A model generated the notes under the pieces. The model saw nothing but the letters and a program-made list of their open reading frames with translations, did no database searches and was not told where the DNA came from. The position numbers and the translations under genes are program-made. From Ignavibacteriales bacterium (lineage in GTDB: Bacteria; Bacteroidota; Ignavibacteria; T3Sed10-11), in NCBI GenBank assembly GCA_003562775.1, contig PWTU01000339.1:15494-79493 (forward strand): a DNA stretch of 64,000 nt, in the 5' to 3' direction. Of this stretch, positions 9,659-20,614 are shown piece by piece (position 1 is the stretch's first letter; every line of letters starts with the position of its first letter).

Positions 9659-11935
9659 TTAACCGGATGCTTTCCTGGCAATTGTCAATTCATCCGGATC
9701 AAATTCACTTTTACATTCGGGGCACCTTAAAAAATTCCCCTTCTTTTGGGTATACTTTTCCACAATATAGGGATTATCACACGACGGACATGGGTTCATT
9801 ACCGGTTTATCCCATGATGCAAAATCACATTTCGGGTATTTACTGCATCCGTAAAACGTTCGTTTTCGTTTTGTTTTTCTCTCAAGTATTTCGCCTTCAT
9901 TGCACTTCGGACATTTCAAACCAAGCGTAATGGGTTTTGTGTTTTTACACGACGGATAATTTGAACAACCCAGGAAAGCTCCGAAGGGTCCTCCTTTAAC
10001 AACCATATCACCACCGCATTCCTCACACTTTGTATCATTGACAACTTGTTTAAGATGTTCACGTTCATGGGCGAGAGGTTTTGTATTTTTACAATCGGGA
10101 TAGCCGGAACATGCCATAAATCTCCCGTTTCTGCCCCACTTAATGATCATAGGTTTCCCGCATTCATCGCACACTTCACCGGTTTCTTCTTGCAGAGACT
10201 TTTTTATCTCCGCCGTTTTCCGGCTTACTCTCTCGAGCGATTCGGTAAATGGATAGTAAAAATCATCCAGAACTTTTTTGTACGACTGTTTACCTGAGGC
10301 AATGGTATCGAGTTCATCTTCCATCTGCGCGGTAAATTTAACGTTAAATATTTCCGGAAAATGATCAATTAACAATTTGTAAACCTGTTTACCAAGGTCA
10401 GTCGGGTGTATCTGCCGGTCTTTCTGTTGAACATATTTTCGCTCGAGTATCGTCGATATAATCAGTGAATAAGTACTCGGCCGTCCAATTCCCAACGATT
10501 CCAGTTCACGCACAAGACTCGCTTCATTGTACGGCGGCGGCGGTTTTGTAAAATGCTGCTTTGTAAGTAAATCCAGTAGTTTGGCATTTTGCCCCACCGA
10601 TAAATTAGTCGGGACGGGCGAGGCCGGATCTTCATCTTTCTCATCGCCGCCGTTTGCCTTGACATCGTCGTATGCCTGCAAAAAACCACGGAATTTAATC
10701 ACCGAGCCGCTTGCACGGAAGGTAAATTTTCCTCCTTCAATCTCAACGTTTATCTGCTCATAAATCGCGGGCTGCATCTGACTTGCAATAAATCTATTCC
10801 AAATTAGCTCATACAATTGGAATACATCTCTCTCAAGATATTTCTTGATTTTCTTCGGTTCATATTCAACCGACGTCGGACGTATTGCTTCGTGCGCATC
10901 CTGAGATGTCTTCGCTTTTTTAAATAAACGAGGTTCTTTTGGTAAATATTCTTTGCCATAATTTGAATAGATATACTCGCGAGCGCCGGATACGGCTTCA
11001 TTACTTAACCTGACACTATCGGTGCGCATATACGTAATCAACCCGACGCTCCCTTCATCCCCGATTTCAATACCTTCATACAGACGTTGCGCCAAAGTCA
11101 TAGTCTTTTTCGTCGAAAACCGCAGGCGTGAGGCAGCTTCCTGTTGTAGCGTGCTCGTAATAAATGGCGGTCCGGGGTTCCGCTTTACATCCTTCTTCTG
11201 AACGTTGGATATTACATATGTTTGTGTTTTTATCTCATCCGCAATTCCTTTTACTTCGTCTTCCGAACCGATTCGCTTCTGTTTTCCATCGATCCTCACA
11301 AGTTTTGCAAAAAACTCTTCCGATTTTTCGGTTTTAAACTGACCGATAACCGACCAATATTCTTCGGGAATAAACCGTTCAATTTCTTCAGCTCTTTCAC
11401 AAATAAGCCGGAGGGCGACCGTTTGTACCCGTCCGGCCGAAAGGCCATAGTAAATTGTTTTCCACACAAAAGGACTGACCTGATAACCGACGATGCGATC
11501 CATAATACGACGAGCCTGTTGTGAATATACCAGCTTATCGTCGATCTTCCTTCTGTTACTCATCGCTTCATTGATACCGGATCGAGTAATCTCGTGAAAC
11601 AGAACGCGATAGATATTATTGTTCACCGGTTCGAGCTCTTCCGCGACATGCCAGGCAATTGCCTCTCCTTCGCGGTCGGGGTCGGTAGCGAGGTAAATAT
11701 CCGAGACCTTCCCGGCTCTTTCCTTCAGTTTCTTTAAAACTTCGCCTTTTCCTTTTATAGTAACATAGGTAGGGGCATAGCCGTCCTCAACGTCTACTCC
11801 GATCTTGCTTTTCGGTAAGTTCTTAATATGTCCGAATGACGCTTCGACAATATATTCTTTACCGAGGTACTTGTTGATCGTTTTTGCTTTTGAAGGGGAT
11901 TCTACAATAATAAGCGATTTTGTTTTTGCTGCCAT
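9659..11935 (-). CDS. topA: DNA topoisomerase I with C-terminal Zn-ribbon repeats
   Basis: 758 aa. TOPRIM start (LIIVESPSKAKTI), ATDPDREGEAIAWH, and several C-terminal CxxC...CxxC fingers. Confidence 0.95.
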   Translation of the reverse strand: MAAKTKSLIIVESPSKAKTINKYLGKEYIVEASFGHIKNLPKSKIGVDVEDGYAPTYVTIKGKGEVLKKLKERAGKVSDIYLATDPDREGEAIAWHVAEELEPVNNNIYRVLFHEITRSGINEAMSNRRKIDDKLVYSQQARRIMDRIVGYQVSPFVWKTIYYGLSAGRVQTVALRLICERAEEIERFIPEEYWSVIGQFKTEKSEEFFAKLVRIDGKQKRIGSEDEVKGIADEIKTQTYVISNVQKKDVKRNPGPPFITSTLQQEAASRLRFSTKKTMTLAQRLYEGIEIGDEGSVGLITYMRTDSVRLSNEAVSGAREYIYSNYGKEYLPKEPRLFKKAKTSQDAHEAIRPTSVEYEPKKIKKYLERDVFQLYELIWNRFIASQMQPAIYEQINVEIEGGKFTFRASGSVIKFRGFLQAYDDVKANGGDEKDEDPASPVPTNLSVGQNAKLLDLLTKQHFTKPPPPYNEASLVRELESLGIGRPSTYSLIISTILERKYVQQKDRQIHPTDLGKQVYKLLIDHFPEIFNVKFTAQMEDELDTIASGKQSYKKVLDDFYYPFTESLERVSRKTAEIKKSLQEETGEVCDECGKPMIIKWGRNGRFMACSGYPDCKNTKPLAHEREHLKQVVNDTKCEECGGDMVVKGGPFGAFLGCSNYPSCKNTKPITLGLKCPKCNEGEILERKTKRKRTFYGCSKYPKCDFASWDKPVMNPCPSCDNPYIVEKYTQKKGNFLRCPECKSEFDPDELTIARKASG

Positions 11936-12010
11936 AGGTATAAAAATCTTGTTTAGAATAATATAATGAGATAACGAACAGAATCCGGGATAGATGTCTG
12001 TTATGTTTGA

Positions 12011-12469
12011 TTAATGAATCGTATCGTGCGACGTCAACATAAATCTGCTTCCCGGCGCATTGTCACCGTCACGATCAAACATAACGGCGGCAATAATCGA
12101 TTTTATGCTCTTTATATCCGCTTTTTGAAAACCGGATATCATCACCCGTTCAATGATTAGCTCCAAATCCAAATCATCTACAACACCAAGTTCCCGAAGC
12201 AAGAGCATATATCCCTGTGCTTCCGAATCGATAACCATTTTCTCGGCTTCGTGAAATATTCGGTGGGAAAAGCGTGTATCTCTTGAATCGGTAAGAAATA
12301 AGCTCTCACCCAGCGATATTTTATCGATAACCCAGCTCAGCGCTGTGCTGATTTCGGTATCGGTGTAACCGTAATCCGCTAACTCGTTTAAATTTATATC
12401 ACTCAAATCTTTGTTCGCTCGCATTTCTTTTATAATATATACTATTATTTCTACAATTTTTTCCTGCAT
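12011..12469 (-). CDS. smg: Smg (DUF494) protein
   Basis: 152 aa. LADYGYTDTEISTALSWV is typical of DUF494. It sits immediately upstream of topA, matching the enterobacterial smg-topA neighbourhood. Confidence 0.7.
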   Translation of the reverse strand: MQEKIVEIIVYIIKEMRANKDLSDINLNELADYGYTDTEISTALSWVIDKISLGESLFLTDSRDTRFSHRIFHEAEKMVIDSEAQGYMLLLRELGVVDDLDLELIIERVMISGFQKADIKSIKSIIAAVMFDRDGDNAPGSRFMLTSHDTIH

Positions 12470-12493
12470 AGATCAAAACCTCATCATGAATGA

Positions 12494-12925
12494 TTATGAA
12501 ATCTGCAATTGCGTCAGATAGGTATTTTCTTTATCCGTCATAGCAGATTTTTTCTCCGGGGTTGCATCGTCATACCCGATCAAGTGTAGTACCCCGTGAA
12601 TGACAAGTCGACCGATTTCATTCCGAACCGTTACGTTATACTCGCGTGCCTGTCGTTCCGCCTGATCGATACAGACATAAATTTCACCTTCAATTATACC
12701 ATCCTCCTCTTCCAACGGAAAACAAATGACATCGGTCACTGTATCGTGCTTCAAAAAATATTTATTTAAGCTGTGAATATGATCGTCATCGACAAACACA
12801 ATTCTCACATCAGCTTCACTTCGCTCTTCTGCAAGGACATGTTCGACAATTCGCTTAGAATCATCTCTGTACATACTCGCTGCTCTGTGTTCGCTATAAA
12901 TCTCGACCGGCATGTAGGCGCTCAT
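12494..12925 (-). CDS. ybeY: rRNA maturation endoribonuclease YbeY
   Basis: The metal-binding signature HGVLHLIGYDD is present; 143 aa. Confidence 0.9.
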   Translation of the reverse strand: MSAYMPVEIYSEHRAASMYRDDSKRIVEHVLAEERSEADVRIVFVDDDHIHSLNKYFLKHDTVTDVICFPLEEEDGIIEGEIYVCIDQAERQAREYNVTVRNEIGRLVIHGVLHLIGYDDATPEKKSAMTDKENTYLTQLQIS

Positions 12926-13377
12926 TTTTTCGGTTCATCGCCCGAAAGTACGTCTTCGGTCAGCGACAGCGCTATACCGGAGAGCATCACTTCAGGGCCA
13001 AGCTTTGTAAAATCGCCGGTCAATAATGAACGATCGACATTCGCATAAAGCGAGCATCCGCCTTCGCGCTCTACTATCAAACCGCTTAACGTTCCGCCTT
13101 GCTCTCCCACAAATGTCACCTCTCCCAACTCACCGCTCACGACAAATCCGGAACAAAAGTGTAATTGCAAATGCGTATTATGTGTGTACACCGAAACCAG
13201 ATTACCTGTCCGGTTGCCGATCGGTATATCCGGATATATTTCCAGACTGAGTTTACGTTTATTTTCCGTGTTTTCCACTTCAAAGCGAAACATGCCGCCC
13301 CGCTGTTTCGGTTCAACGCCGAGAGTATCTCCGATTCGGGCTATATCATCGCTTGTAAATTTCACGTATATATACAA
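12922..13377 (-). CDS. Hypothetical protein, translationally coupled to ybeY
   Basis: 151-aa ORF with a 4-nt overlap onto the ybeY start. I recognise no motif. Confidence 0.5.
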   Translation of the reverse strand: MYIYVKFTSDDIARIGDTLGVEPKQRGGMFRFEVENTENKRKLSLEIYPDIPIGNRTGNLVSVYTHNTHLQLHFCSGFVVSGELGEVTFVGEQGGTLSGLIVEREGGCSLYANVDRSLLTGDFTKLGPEVMLSGIALSLTEDVLSGDEPKK

Positions 13378-13568
13378 CTCCAGGTTAATCCGTCTATGGA
13401 ATATCGTAATAAAAACCCCGATCGGGAATAAAACACCTGCCTGAACGGGGAGAAAAAAACACTATTTTTTTCACGGTTCTCATTGCGTTTAATATAATTA
13501 CCGATAACACTAATGTCAAGCAAAATTTTTATGACCGGATGTATAAGTACAAAATATACTTCTCTACT

Positions 13569-14066
13569 TTACAAGTATGTACTTACGTACATTCTATAGT
13601 TTTCCGCCGACTTTTCAAGTTGCGCTATCTCTCCGGAATTTAAATCCCGAACAATTCTGGACGGCACGCCGGCCACAAGCACCCCTTCGGGTATTTTAGC
13701 ACCTTCCCGTACAACAGCTCCCGCAGCAATTATACAATTTTGTCCGATATTTACATCATCAAGCACGGTTGCTCCCATTCCGATTAAAACTTTATCCTGT
13801 ATTGTGCAGCCGTGCAAAATTGCACTATGTCCGATCGTCACGCTCGAACCGATCAAAAGCGGGTATTTTTTATGAGTCACGTGCAGCATACAAAGATCCT
13901 GCACATTAACTTTTTCGCCGATGCGAATAATGTTAACGTCGCCTCGAATGACGGCGTTGAACCACACCGAACTATCCAATCCAATCTCTACATCGCCGAT
14001 AATGCGAGCGCCGGGTGCAATAAACACACTCGGATGCAGCCGGGGTGTCACTCCCCGGTATGTCAT
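13569..14066 (-). CDS. Gamma-class carbonic anhydrase-like / left-handed beta-helix hexapeptide protein (YrdA/PaaY family)
   Basis: Hexapeptide repeats and the VWFNAVIRGDVN...HSAILHGCTI pattern. I chose the start at MTYRG, which abuts the upstream gene's stop, rather than the track start at 14114, which would overlap that gene by 49 nt. Confidence 0.8.
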   Translation of the reverse strand: MTYRGVTPRLHPSVFIAPGARIIGDVEIGLDSSVWFNAVIRGDVNIIRIGEKVNVQDLCMLHVTHKKYPLLIGSSVTIGHSAILHGCTIQDKVLIGMGATVLDDVNIGQNCIIAAGAVVREGAKIPEGVLVAGVPSRIVRDLNSGEIAQLEKSAENYRMYVSTYL

Positions 14067-14902
14067 TATTTGTTGCTCGCGTATCTGGGTGGATTCCATC
14101 CTTGTCGATTCCATTCAATCAATTCGACGGTCACGTTACCGATCAGTACCCGAAGTTTTGCTTCAACAGGAATAGCCGCATCATCATTTGAAAACCAGCC
14201 GCGAAATGCGCCGGTCAATCCGAAAATACCGCTAAAGTTGGCATGTCCTCTTAGCTCAATCACATCGACCGGATAATCGAATCCTTTCGACTTTCTCGAA
14301 GTTCGTGCCCCGTTAAATACAAAATCCGTTGTAACAACATCTTTATTTATCAACGTCGGAGTGGTAATGTTTTCTTCCGTACCGATATATCCCCGGGCAA
14401 AATAAAAAAGCGACAAACCATCCTGATAGTAATTGTCGATTTCAAGAGTATCTGTCAATTCTTCATACCCCTGTAATCCTTCTTCAACCAAAACTCTCAT
14501 ACCATCATAATCGAAATTAAACCGCATAACATCCCACTCATTTCGCTTCCGCTCAAGCGATTCAAACCATAGCGAGTAAAACCCCGTGGCCATTTCCGAT
14601 GAATAAATGTGGTGAAGCGATACAAACGGTACACCGGAATAGGATGCAATTTCGGCTGATGCCTGATAAATCATACCGTTGCTCGTTTCTTTCGACCCGG
14701 TCACGGTCACTGTTATTTTACCTAAACTAATAAAACCGTACCGGACATTGTATACAAGCTCTTCACCTATTGCAAAAACGCTTGTATTACCGTTTTGTTC
14801 GGGAAACGATACAGGCGTATCCGAATCCGAAGGGATAACGGCGCCGGCAGCGAACAATGCGATTATACAACTCACAACCAAAACAATGCGTCCCATTCTC
14901 AC
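14066..14902 (-). CDS. DUF3108-like secreted protein
   Basis: Signal peptide followed by GEELVYNVRYGFISLGKITVTV, which is the DUF3108 N-terminal pattern. Confidence 0.5.
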   Translation of the reverse strand: MRMGRIVLVVSCIIALFAAGAVIPSDSDTPVSFPEQNGNTSVFAIGEELVYNVRYGFISLGKITVTVTGSKETSNGMIYQASAEIASYSGVPFVSLHHIYSSEMATGFYSLWFESLERKRNEWDVMRFNFDYDGMRVLVEEGLQGYEELTDTLEIDNYYQDGLSLFYFARGYIGTEENITTPTLINKDVVTTDFVFNGARTSRKSKGFDYPVDVIELRGHANFSGIFGLTGAFRGWFSNDDAAIPVEAKLRVLIGNVTVELIEWNRQGWNPPRYASNK

Positions 14903-14919
14903 CCCGTCATTTCCGATCG

Positions 14920-16560
14920 CTACTGTGACACCGAGGCGGAAATCAGTCTCTGAAGATCGGGAAACAATTTAACGGCACGTAGAAATTGTTCATCGGATTC
15001 GAGTCTGCTTGCATATAACCCATCATTACCGTGAATCGCTCGTCCGATTTCCGCTTTGAGGAATGATTTTAAAAATCTCCTGTCCTGTTCCAGATACTCT
15101 TCCTCTACCGTAATACCGTTATCTTCAACAAACCGGATGAAATCATCGAAATGCTCTTCGGTTATCGTAAATTCACTACGGAACTCTTCAAAATTATCTT
15201 TATATTTTTCCTGTAATTGATGGCCATACCGCTGCATATACTCTGTATGAAACAATCTTATCAAATTATTTGCGGCTATTCGCATCCCAAGTTCGGACCA
15301 TTGACCGCTTCGAACAAGAACATCCGGTGTTATACCGCCGCCGCCGTATACAATACGTCCACCCTCGGTATAATAGACCGGCTGTTCAGTTGTGTCGACT
15401 TCAAGCGGTTCATAGGTCTCTTCAATTTCCTCGTCATCTTCATACTGATGGAAGTACGGCTCAAGCCGGTATGCTTCAGCTCCCTTATCGTATGGGCGCT
15501 GAATGAGTCTGCCGCTCGGAGTAAAGTATTTGGCCGTAGTTAAACGAAACGCTGAACCGTCACGTAACTCAAATTGCCGCTGTACGAGTCCTTTACCAAA
15601 ACTTCGTTCACCGACAATGAGCCCGCGATCCCAATCTTGTACTGCTCCCGACACGATCTCGCTTGCCGATGCCGAACCCGGATTGATTAATATAATCAGC
15701 GGTAATTCTTCATAACGGCTGCCGCTTGTTGCCCGGTATTCCTCGTTAAACTGAGGGTTGCGCCCTTGTGTGTAAACGATCTTTTTACCGGCTGGTAAAA
15801 ATATATCCGCCATTTTAAATGCTTCTTCCAGGTATCCACCCGGATTATTCCGAAGATCGAGCACCAATCTCTCCATACCCTGTTGATCGAGTGTGTTCAG
15901 TGCTTCCATAAATTCCGAGAAAGTAGTTGCCGCGAAGCGGTTTACCCGAATATATCCGATTTTATCATCGTACTTAAATGACGCGTCAACCGTATAGAGC
16001 GGAATTTTATCACGGATTATTTCAAACTGAAGTACTTCCTTTAATCCCGGGCGAAAAATATCAACAACCACTCTTGTCCCCTTTTCACCGCGCAATTTTG
16101 ATTGTACATCTTCATTGGTCAATTTAATTGCGGATTCACCGTCAATCTTTATTATTCGATCGCCCGATTGTATCCCGAGCCGGTCGCTCGGACCGCCGGA
16201 TATCGGGGTGACCACGTTGATCGTATCGCGCAATATCTCAAACTGTATACCGATACCTTCGAAACTTCCCCGGAATTCTTCTTGCACTCGCTGCATTTGT
16301 CTTTGTGATATGTATACCGAGTGCGGATCAAGTGAGGTTAACATTCCCTTAATCGCCTCTTCAATCAGTTTTTCGGAGTTTACCTCCTCAACGTAAAAAC
16401 GCTCAGTATATGCTATTACCTCGTTGAACTTTTTAATCTGTTCATAGATGCTCGTTCCGGAGATCAAACTGTTGTACTGCGTGCCTATGAACATCGCAGT
16501 CACAACGAGGAATACCACCATCGGAATAGATATGCGCCGTTTCATAATCCCTCTTTCCAT
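14920..16560 (-). CDS. Carboxy-terminal processing peptidase, family S41, with PDZ domain
   Basis: 546 aa. PDZ segment (GIQSGDRIIKIDG) and S41 core (LDLRNNPGGYL...INPGSASASEIVSGA...GERSFGKG). Confidence 0.9.
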   Translation of the reverse strand: MERGIMKRRISIPMVVFLVVTAMFIGTQYNSLISGTSIYEQIKKFNEVIAYTERFYVEEVNSEKLIEEAIKGMLTSLDPHSVYISQRQMQRVQEEFRGSFEGIGIQFEILRDTINVVTPISGGPSDRLGIQSGDRIIKIDGESAIKLTNEDVQSKLRGEKGTRVVVDIFRPGLKEVLQFEIIRDKIPLYTVDASFKYDDKIGYIRVNRFAATTFSEFMEALNTLDQQGMERLVLDLRNNPGGYLEEAFKMADIFLPAGKKIVYTQGRNPQFNEEYRATSGSRYEELPLIILINPGSASASEIVSGAVQDWDRGLIVGERSFGKGLVQRQFELRDGSAFRLTTAKYFTPSGRLIQRPYDKGAEAYRLEPYFHQYEDDEEIEETYEPLEVDTTEQPVYYTEGGRIVYGGGGITPDVLVRSGQWSELGMRIAANNLIRLFHTEYMQRYGHQLQEKYKDNFEEFRSEFTITEEHFDDFIRFVEDNGITVEEEYLEQDRRFLKSFLKAEIGRAIHGNDGLYASRLESDEQFLRAVKLFPDLQRLISASVSQ

Positions 16561-16618
16561 TCAATTAACATTCATTTATAATAAACTAAACATTCTAAAA
16601 TATAAATATGTTCACTAT

Positions 16619-18334
16619 TCATAAGGTAATCATTATTCTTCCAAACATAAAGTGTTCACGAAAAGTTTGCATATTCCAGGTTTCTTCACGCCATCGGAAT
16701 TCATATCCTCCGACAATGAAAAATTGATGAAACACTTCATACTTGATAAAGACACCTATAATGCCGGTTTTTTCGAGATTTCCGTCCAAAAAAAATGCGT
16801 TTTCACTATCTCCATAACGATACCCCTGTGCAATGTCTCCACCGACATTCCGTAATAAATTTCCTTCTCCATCGTTCACATTATGACCTTTCCGAGTCCG
16901 GGCGTGATACAATTCGACATCCGACCTGCCCGATAGAAGATAGTTCACACGGACAGTTAAACCATCGGAATTCGGCCCCAACGGATTGCCAATCGGAAAC
17001 CCGCCATGGACATATCTATTGAGCATTAATCTGTGTGTGTATACGTACGGTCGAATTCTAAAATAGTCTATATGAACTTGGGCATTCGCCAACACCGATA
17101 CATTCGGGGTATAAATACCACCCACTCTGAATGCATACTGGTTTCCGTACCAGTTTGTTCCGAGCTTTTCGAAAGCAAGATCATCTATAAAAAGATCCCC
17201 ATATAACTCAACTCCACGATACGGTCGTCCCTGTATATCAAGCGCGATCATTGCCTTGTCACGATCCCGCAGACTGTGCTCTACTGATTTAAAAAACAAA
17301 AAAGGATTTAAATATGCAATCTCCAGCCCCCGGCCTCCGTAGACGATTATTTCAGACACACCAACCTGCATCCGGTTATTAAAAAAATATGCTCCAAACC
17401 GATGAAACGATAGATATTTTTCTTCGATGGTCCGGAATAGCGTTTTGTCGTCTAACCGGAAAAAATCTTCATCTCCGAGTATCCATCCGTGGAAAAAATT
17501 GAAAAAGAACCCTTTGTACCGTAAATCCAAACCGATATAATCAATTTCAGGAGCATAATTGGAGAACAATAATGCACTTTGTACCGGTCCATTTCCTCCG
17601 ATTATCCTTTCCCTGCCGATAGTGACGCTTCCCCAGTCATTCGCCGCACGTATATGCCCGCGAGTGAAATCAAAAAACCGGGAATCCGGCTCATCTATCT
17701 TATACGTACGAATCACTTCAATGTTTTGTTTTCCCAGATCGCGCGACCCACCGACATAACCGTTCACGGCGTTGAGAGAAAACCCAAACCAATTACCGAT
17801 AGTGCCCGAGACACCGCCTCCCATCTGCCATAATGACGTGTAGTTTTCCGGTATTGTTCCAATGTCCCAATATTGTGCTTCAGCACTTAAGAGCAGGTTG
17901 GCGCTGATAACCGCTGTTTCGTCTTCGTAGCGATACAAAAACTTTTGACGGGGTTGTAACAGCCCTTTTAACCCTTCGTTTAATATTGAAATGCGGTTTT
18001 CCTCCGGCAAATCTAATTCGTACGAGAATTCGATAATATACCGTTGAAGCGTTGCATTTTCGGCTCGGGTTAAGTACTCCCTGCTCTCAACCACTTCATT
18101 TAAAAAGCCGGCAACAGTGCGCCTGTCGTATGGAAGAAAAGCCGTACTAAACTGACCGTTTAGTACGCCTTTTACCTGCATACGTTTCAAAAAATTATAG
18201 ACATTATGTTCGGATGGAACAAGTTCGATCTGTGCAAGAGCGTCGCTACAACCGATGCAGACTGCGATTGTCAATAATAAGTATATTCGCTTTAAAATCA
18301 AACTTGTTCCCTTATCTGATCGGCGTCCATTCAT
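16619..18334 (-). CDS. Putative Wzi-like (capsule assembly) outer-membrane beta-barrel protein
   Basis: The N-terminal helical segment VPSEHNVYNFLKRMQVKGVL...LPYDRRTVAGFL resembles the Wzi family. A long Gly/aromatic-rich barrel-like region follows. Neighbour is a GT2 gene. This is recognition only. Confidence 0.45.
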   Translation of the reverse strand: MNGRRSDKGTSLILKRIYLLLTIAVCIGCSDALAQIELVPSEHNVYNFLKRMQVKGVLNGQFSTAFLPYDRRTVAGFLNEVVESREYLTRAENATLQRYIIEFSYELDLPEENRISILNEGLKGLLQPRQKFLYRYEDETAVISANLLLSAEAQYWDIGTIPENYTSLWQMGGGVSGTIGNWFGFSLNAVNGYVGGSRDLGKQNIEVIRTYKIDEPDSRFFDFTRGHIRAANDWGSVTIGRERIIGGNGPVQSALLFSNYAPEIDYIGLDLRYKGFFFNFFHGWILGDEDFFRLDDKTLFRTIEEKYLSFHRFGAYFFNNRMQVGVSEIIVYGGRGLEIAYLNPFLFFKSVEHSLRDRDKAMIALDIQGRPYRGVELYGDLFIDDLAFEKLGTNWYGNQYAFRVGGIYTPNVSVLANAQVHIDYFRIRPYVYTHRLMLNRYVHGGFPIGNPLGPNSDGLTVRVNYLLSGRSDVELYHARTRKGHNVNDGEGNLLRNVGGDIAQGYRYGDSENAFFLDGNLEKTGIIGVFIKYEVFHQFFIVGGYEFRWREETWNMQTFREHFMFGRIMITL

Positions 18335-19034
18335 CGATCACGGATCGTTTTAGCAATTTCACCGAAATTGCATTCCTGAACCAGTCAAATGCAACACGAT
18401 GATAACCATACCGGCGGTATCGTCTCGGTGATTCAAAGACATACCGGTCACGCATAAACTTAATCTTCCCTTTGCGGCGAATTCGAGAATACAAATCGAA
18501 ATCTTCGCCTGCAACGAGAGTGCTATTGTACTTGCCGATTTCTTCAAATACCGTACGTCTTATGACGTGGCACTCACCCCGTCCCATACCAATTCCGATG
18601 GAATTAACAATATCAAAGAACCTGTTACAAACACCATGAAATACTTTATCCGAAAGTCTCTCCTCATCCGGGTAGACTCCGACATAACACGTAAGTGCAA
18701 GCACTGTCGGATCATCCATAGTCTTCATAACGTTCGAGAAGAAGAGGTCCGGATCATCCAGCAAGGTATCGGCATTTAAGAAGAATAAGAGTTCACCGGT
18801 TGCCTGTGAAGCGCCGGCATTTCTGCCGCCGGCTATGGTCTGGCGTATCTCGCCGTTGTACATGACAACCCGATTTGCAAGCGCTTTTGCAATTTGTACG
18901 GTGCCGTCGTCACTTCCTCCATCACTAACAATTATCTCGAGATCGTACTTTTTTCTGATCCTGTCATCGAATTGCCGAAGCGCCTGTTCGATTAGTTTAC
19001 GCTCACTGAGCGTTGGAATGATAACACTGATCAT
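18312..19034 (-). CDS. Family 2 glycosyltransferase
   Basis: ISVIIPTLSE...IIVSDGGSDDGT and FLNADT (DxD-like) motifs. Confidence 0.85.
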   Translation of the reverse strand: MISVIIPTLSERKLIEQALRQFDDRIRKKYDLEIIVSDGGSDDGTVQIAKALANRVVMYNGEIRQTIAGGRNAGASQATGELLFFLNADTLLDDPDLFFSNVMKTMDDPTVLALTCYVGVYPDEERLSDKVFHGVCNRFFDIVNSIGIGMGRGECHVIRRTVFEEIGKYNSTLVAGEDFDLYSRIRRKGKIKFMRDRYVFESPRRYRRYGYHRVAFDWFRNAISVKLLKRSVIDEWTPIR

Positions 19035-19038
19035 TTAA

Positions 19039-20583
19039 CTATTTTCCTTCCGGACGCATTTGTGGAAATAGAATGACGTCGCGGATTGATTCCTGATTTG
19101 TGATTAACATCGTGAGCCGGTCGATACCGATACCCAATCCTGCAGCAGGCGGCATGCCATATTCGAGTGCACGCAGGTAATCCTCATCAAGCATGTGCGC
19201 TTCATCGTCTCCTCGTTCGCGCAGCGCCATCTGTTCTTCAAATCGCGCTCGCTGATCGATAGGATCGTTCAACTCACTGAATGCGTTGCATAATTCCTGT
19301 CCGTTTACAATTACTTCAAATCGCTCAACCAGTCCTTCCTTATGACGATGCGGTTTAGCAAGCGGCGACATCGATACGGGATAATCCATTATAATCGTCG
19401 GTTGAATAAGTTTCGGTTCGACAAATTCTCCGAACAGTTCATCAATGATCTTTCCCGCACCGGCGGACGGATCGAGTTCCAATCCGAGATTTTCCGCTGA
19501 TTTGCGCAGCGCGTTTTCATCCATTTGCGAAATATCGATGCCGGTAAACTCCTTGATTGCACCGAACATCGTCAAGCGGTTCCAGGGCGGTTTGAAATCG
19601 ACAGTCTTTTCCCCGACGGGTATCTCGTGTGTATCGTGAATTGCATATACCAGTCCTGCAATCATTTGCTCTACAAAATCCATCATCCATTTGTAATCTT
19701 TATAGGCGACGTACAGTTCGAGCATGGTGAACTCGGGGTTATGGTTACGGTCCATTCCCTCATTGCGGAAATCCTTCGCAATTTCATAAACACCGTCAAA
19801 ACCGCCGACGATGAGCCGCTTCAGGTACAACTCGTCCGCGATACGAAGATACAACTTCATATCAAGAGTATTATGGTGAGTAATAAAAGGACGAGCCGAA
19901 GCGCCGCCATAGATTGGTTGTAATGCCGGCGTTTCGACTTCAAGAAAGCTCCGGTTATCAAGATAGTCGCGAATAAATTTTATGATACGGGCTCGTTTTA
20001 TGAAGACATCCCGCACCTGCGGATTTACTATCAGATCGACATAGCGCTGCCGGTAACGCAGCTCTTTATCGGAAAAAGGATCGTATCGAACAACCGTACC
20101 GTCTTCTTTTGTTCGTTCTTTTACGACGGGCAGCGGCCGAAGCGATTTAGCGAGCACCTCAAACGAATCGGCTTTAATCGAGACTTCTCCCATTTTTGTG
20201 CGGAACACCTCACCATCGACGCCGATGATATCGCCAATATCGAGCTGCTTAATGAGATCGTATCGCTCGTTCAATGCGTCCTTACGAAGATAAAGCTGTA
20301 TACGCCCTTCGCGATCCTGAATGTGCATAAAAGATGCTTTCCCCATTTTGCGCATGCTCATAATTCGTCCGGCTACGCGACACCGTTTTGCGGGAACACC
20401 GTCTTCAAACTCTTTTTTGATCGATTCGGAATAGCCGGTGACTTCATATTCATATCCGTACGGAACGATGCCGCTTTGCTTGAGATGTTTCAGTTCCTCG
20501 CGACGACGTTTGAGCAATTCGTTCACTTCCTGTTGGTAAAGCTTTTTATCTTCTTGTTGAGTACCCTGCCGGTCTTCCGTCAT
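19039..20583 (-). CDS. lysS: Lysyl-tRNA synthetase, class II
   Basis: 514 aa. OB-fold anticodon-binding N-terminal domain and class II motifs ([37 protein letters not shown]). Confidence 0.95.
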   Translation of the reverse strand: MTEDRQGTQQEDKKLYQQEVNELLKRRREELKHLKQSGIVPYGYEYEVTGYSESIKKEFEDGVPAKRCRVAGRIMSMRKMGKASFMHIQDREGRIQLYLRKDALNERYDLIKQLDIGDIIGVDGEVFRTKMGEVSIKADSFEVLAKSLRPLPVVKERTKEDGTVVRYDPFSDKELRYRQRYVDLIVNPQVRDVFIKRARIIKFIRDYLDNRSFLEVETPALQPIYGGASARPFITHHNTLDMKLYLRIADELYLKRLIVGGFDGVYEIAKDFRNEGMDRNHNPEFTMLELYVAYKDYKWMMDFVEQMIAGLVYAIHDTHEIPVGEKTVDFKPPWNRLTMFGAIKEFTGIDISQMDENALRKSAENLGLELDPSAGAGKIIDELFGEFVEPKLIQPTIIMDYPVSMSPLAKPHRHKEGLVERFEVIVNGQELCNAFSELNDPIDQRARFEEQMALRERGDDEAHMLDEDYLRALEYGMPPAAGLGIGIDRLTMLITNQESIRDVILFPQMRPEGK

Positions 20584-20614
20584 TCTTTTATATATCCGAT
20601 TAGCTGAAATATAG

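Noticed and set aside
13410-13460. CCCCG...CGGGG and CCCGATCGGG elements downstream of the gamma-CA-like gene as a terminator
   Set aside because: The stems are only 4-5 bp and the loop is very long or absent. This is too weak to annotate.
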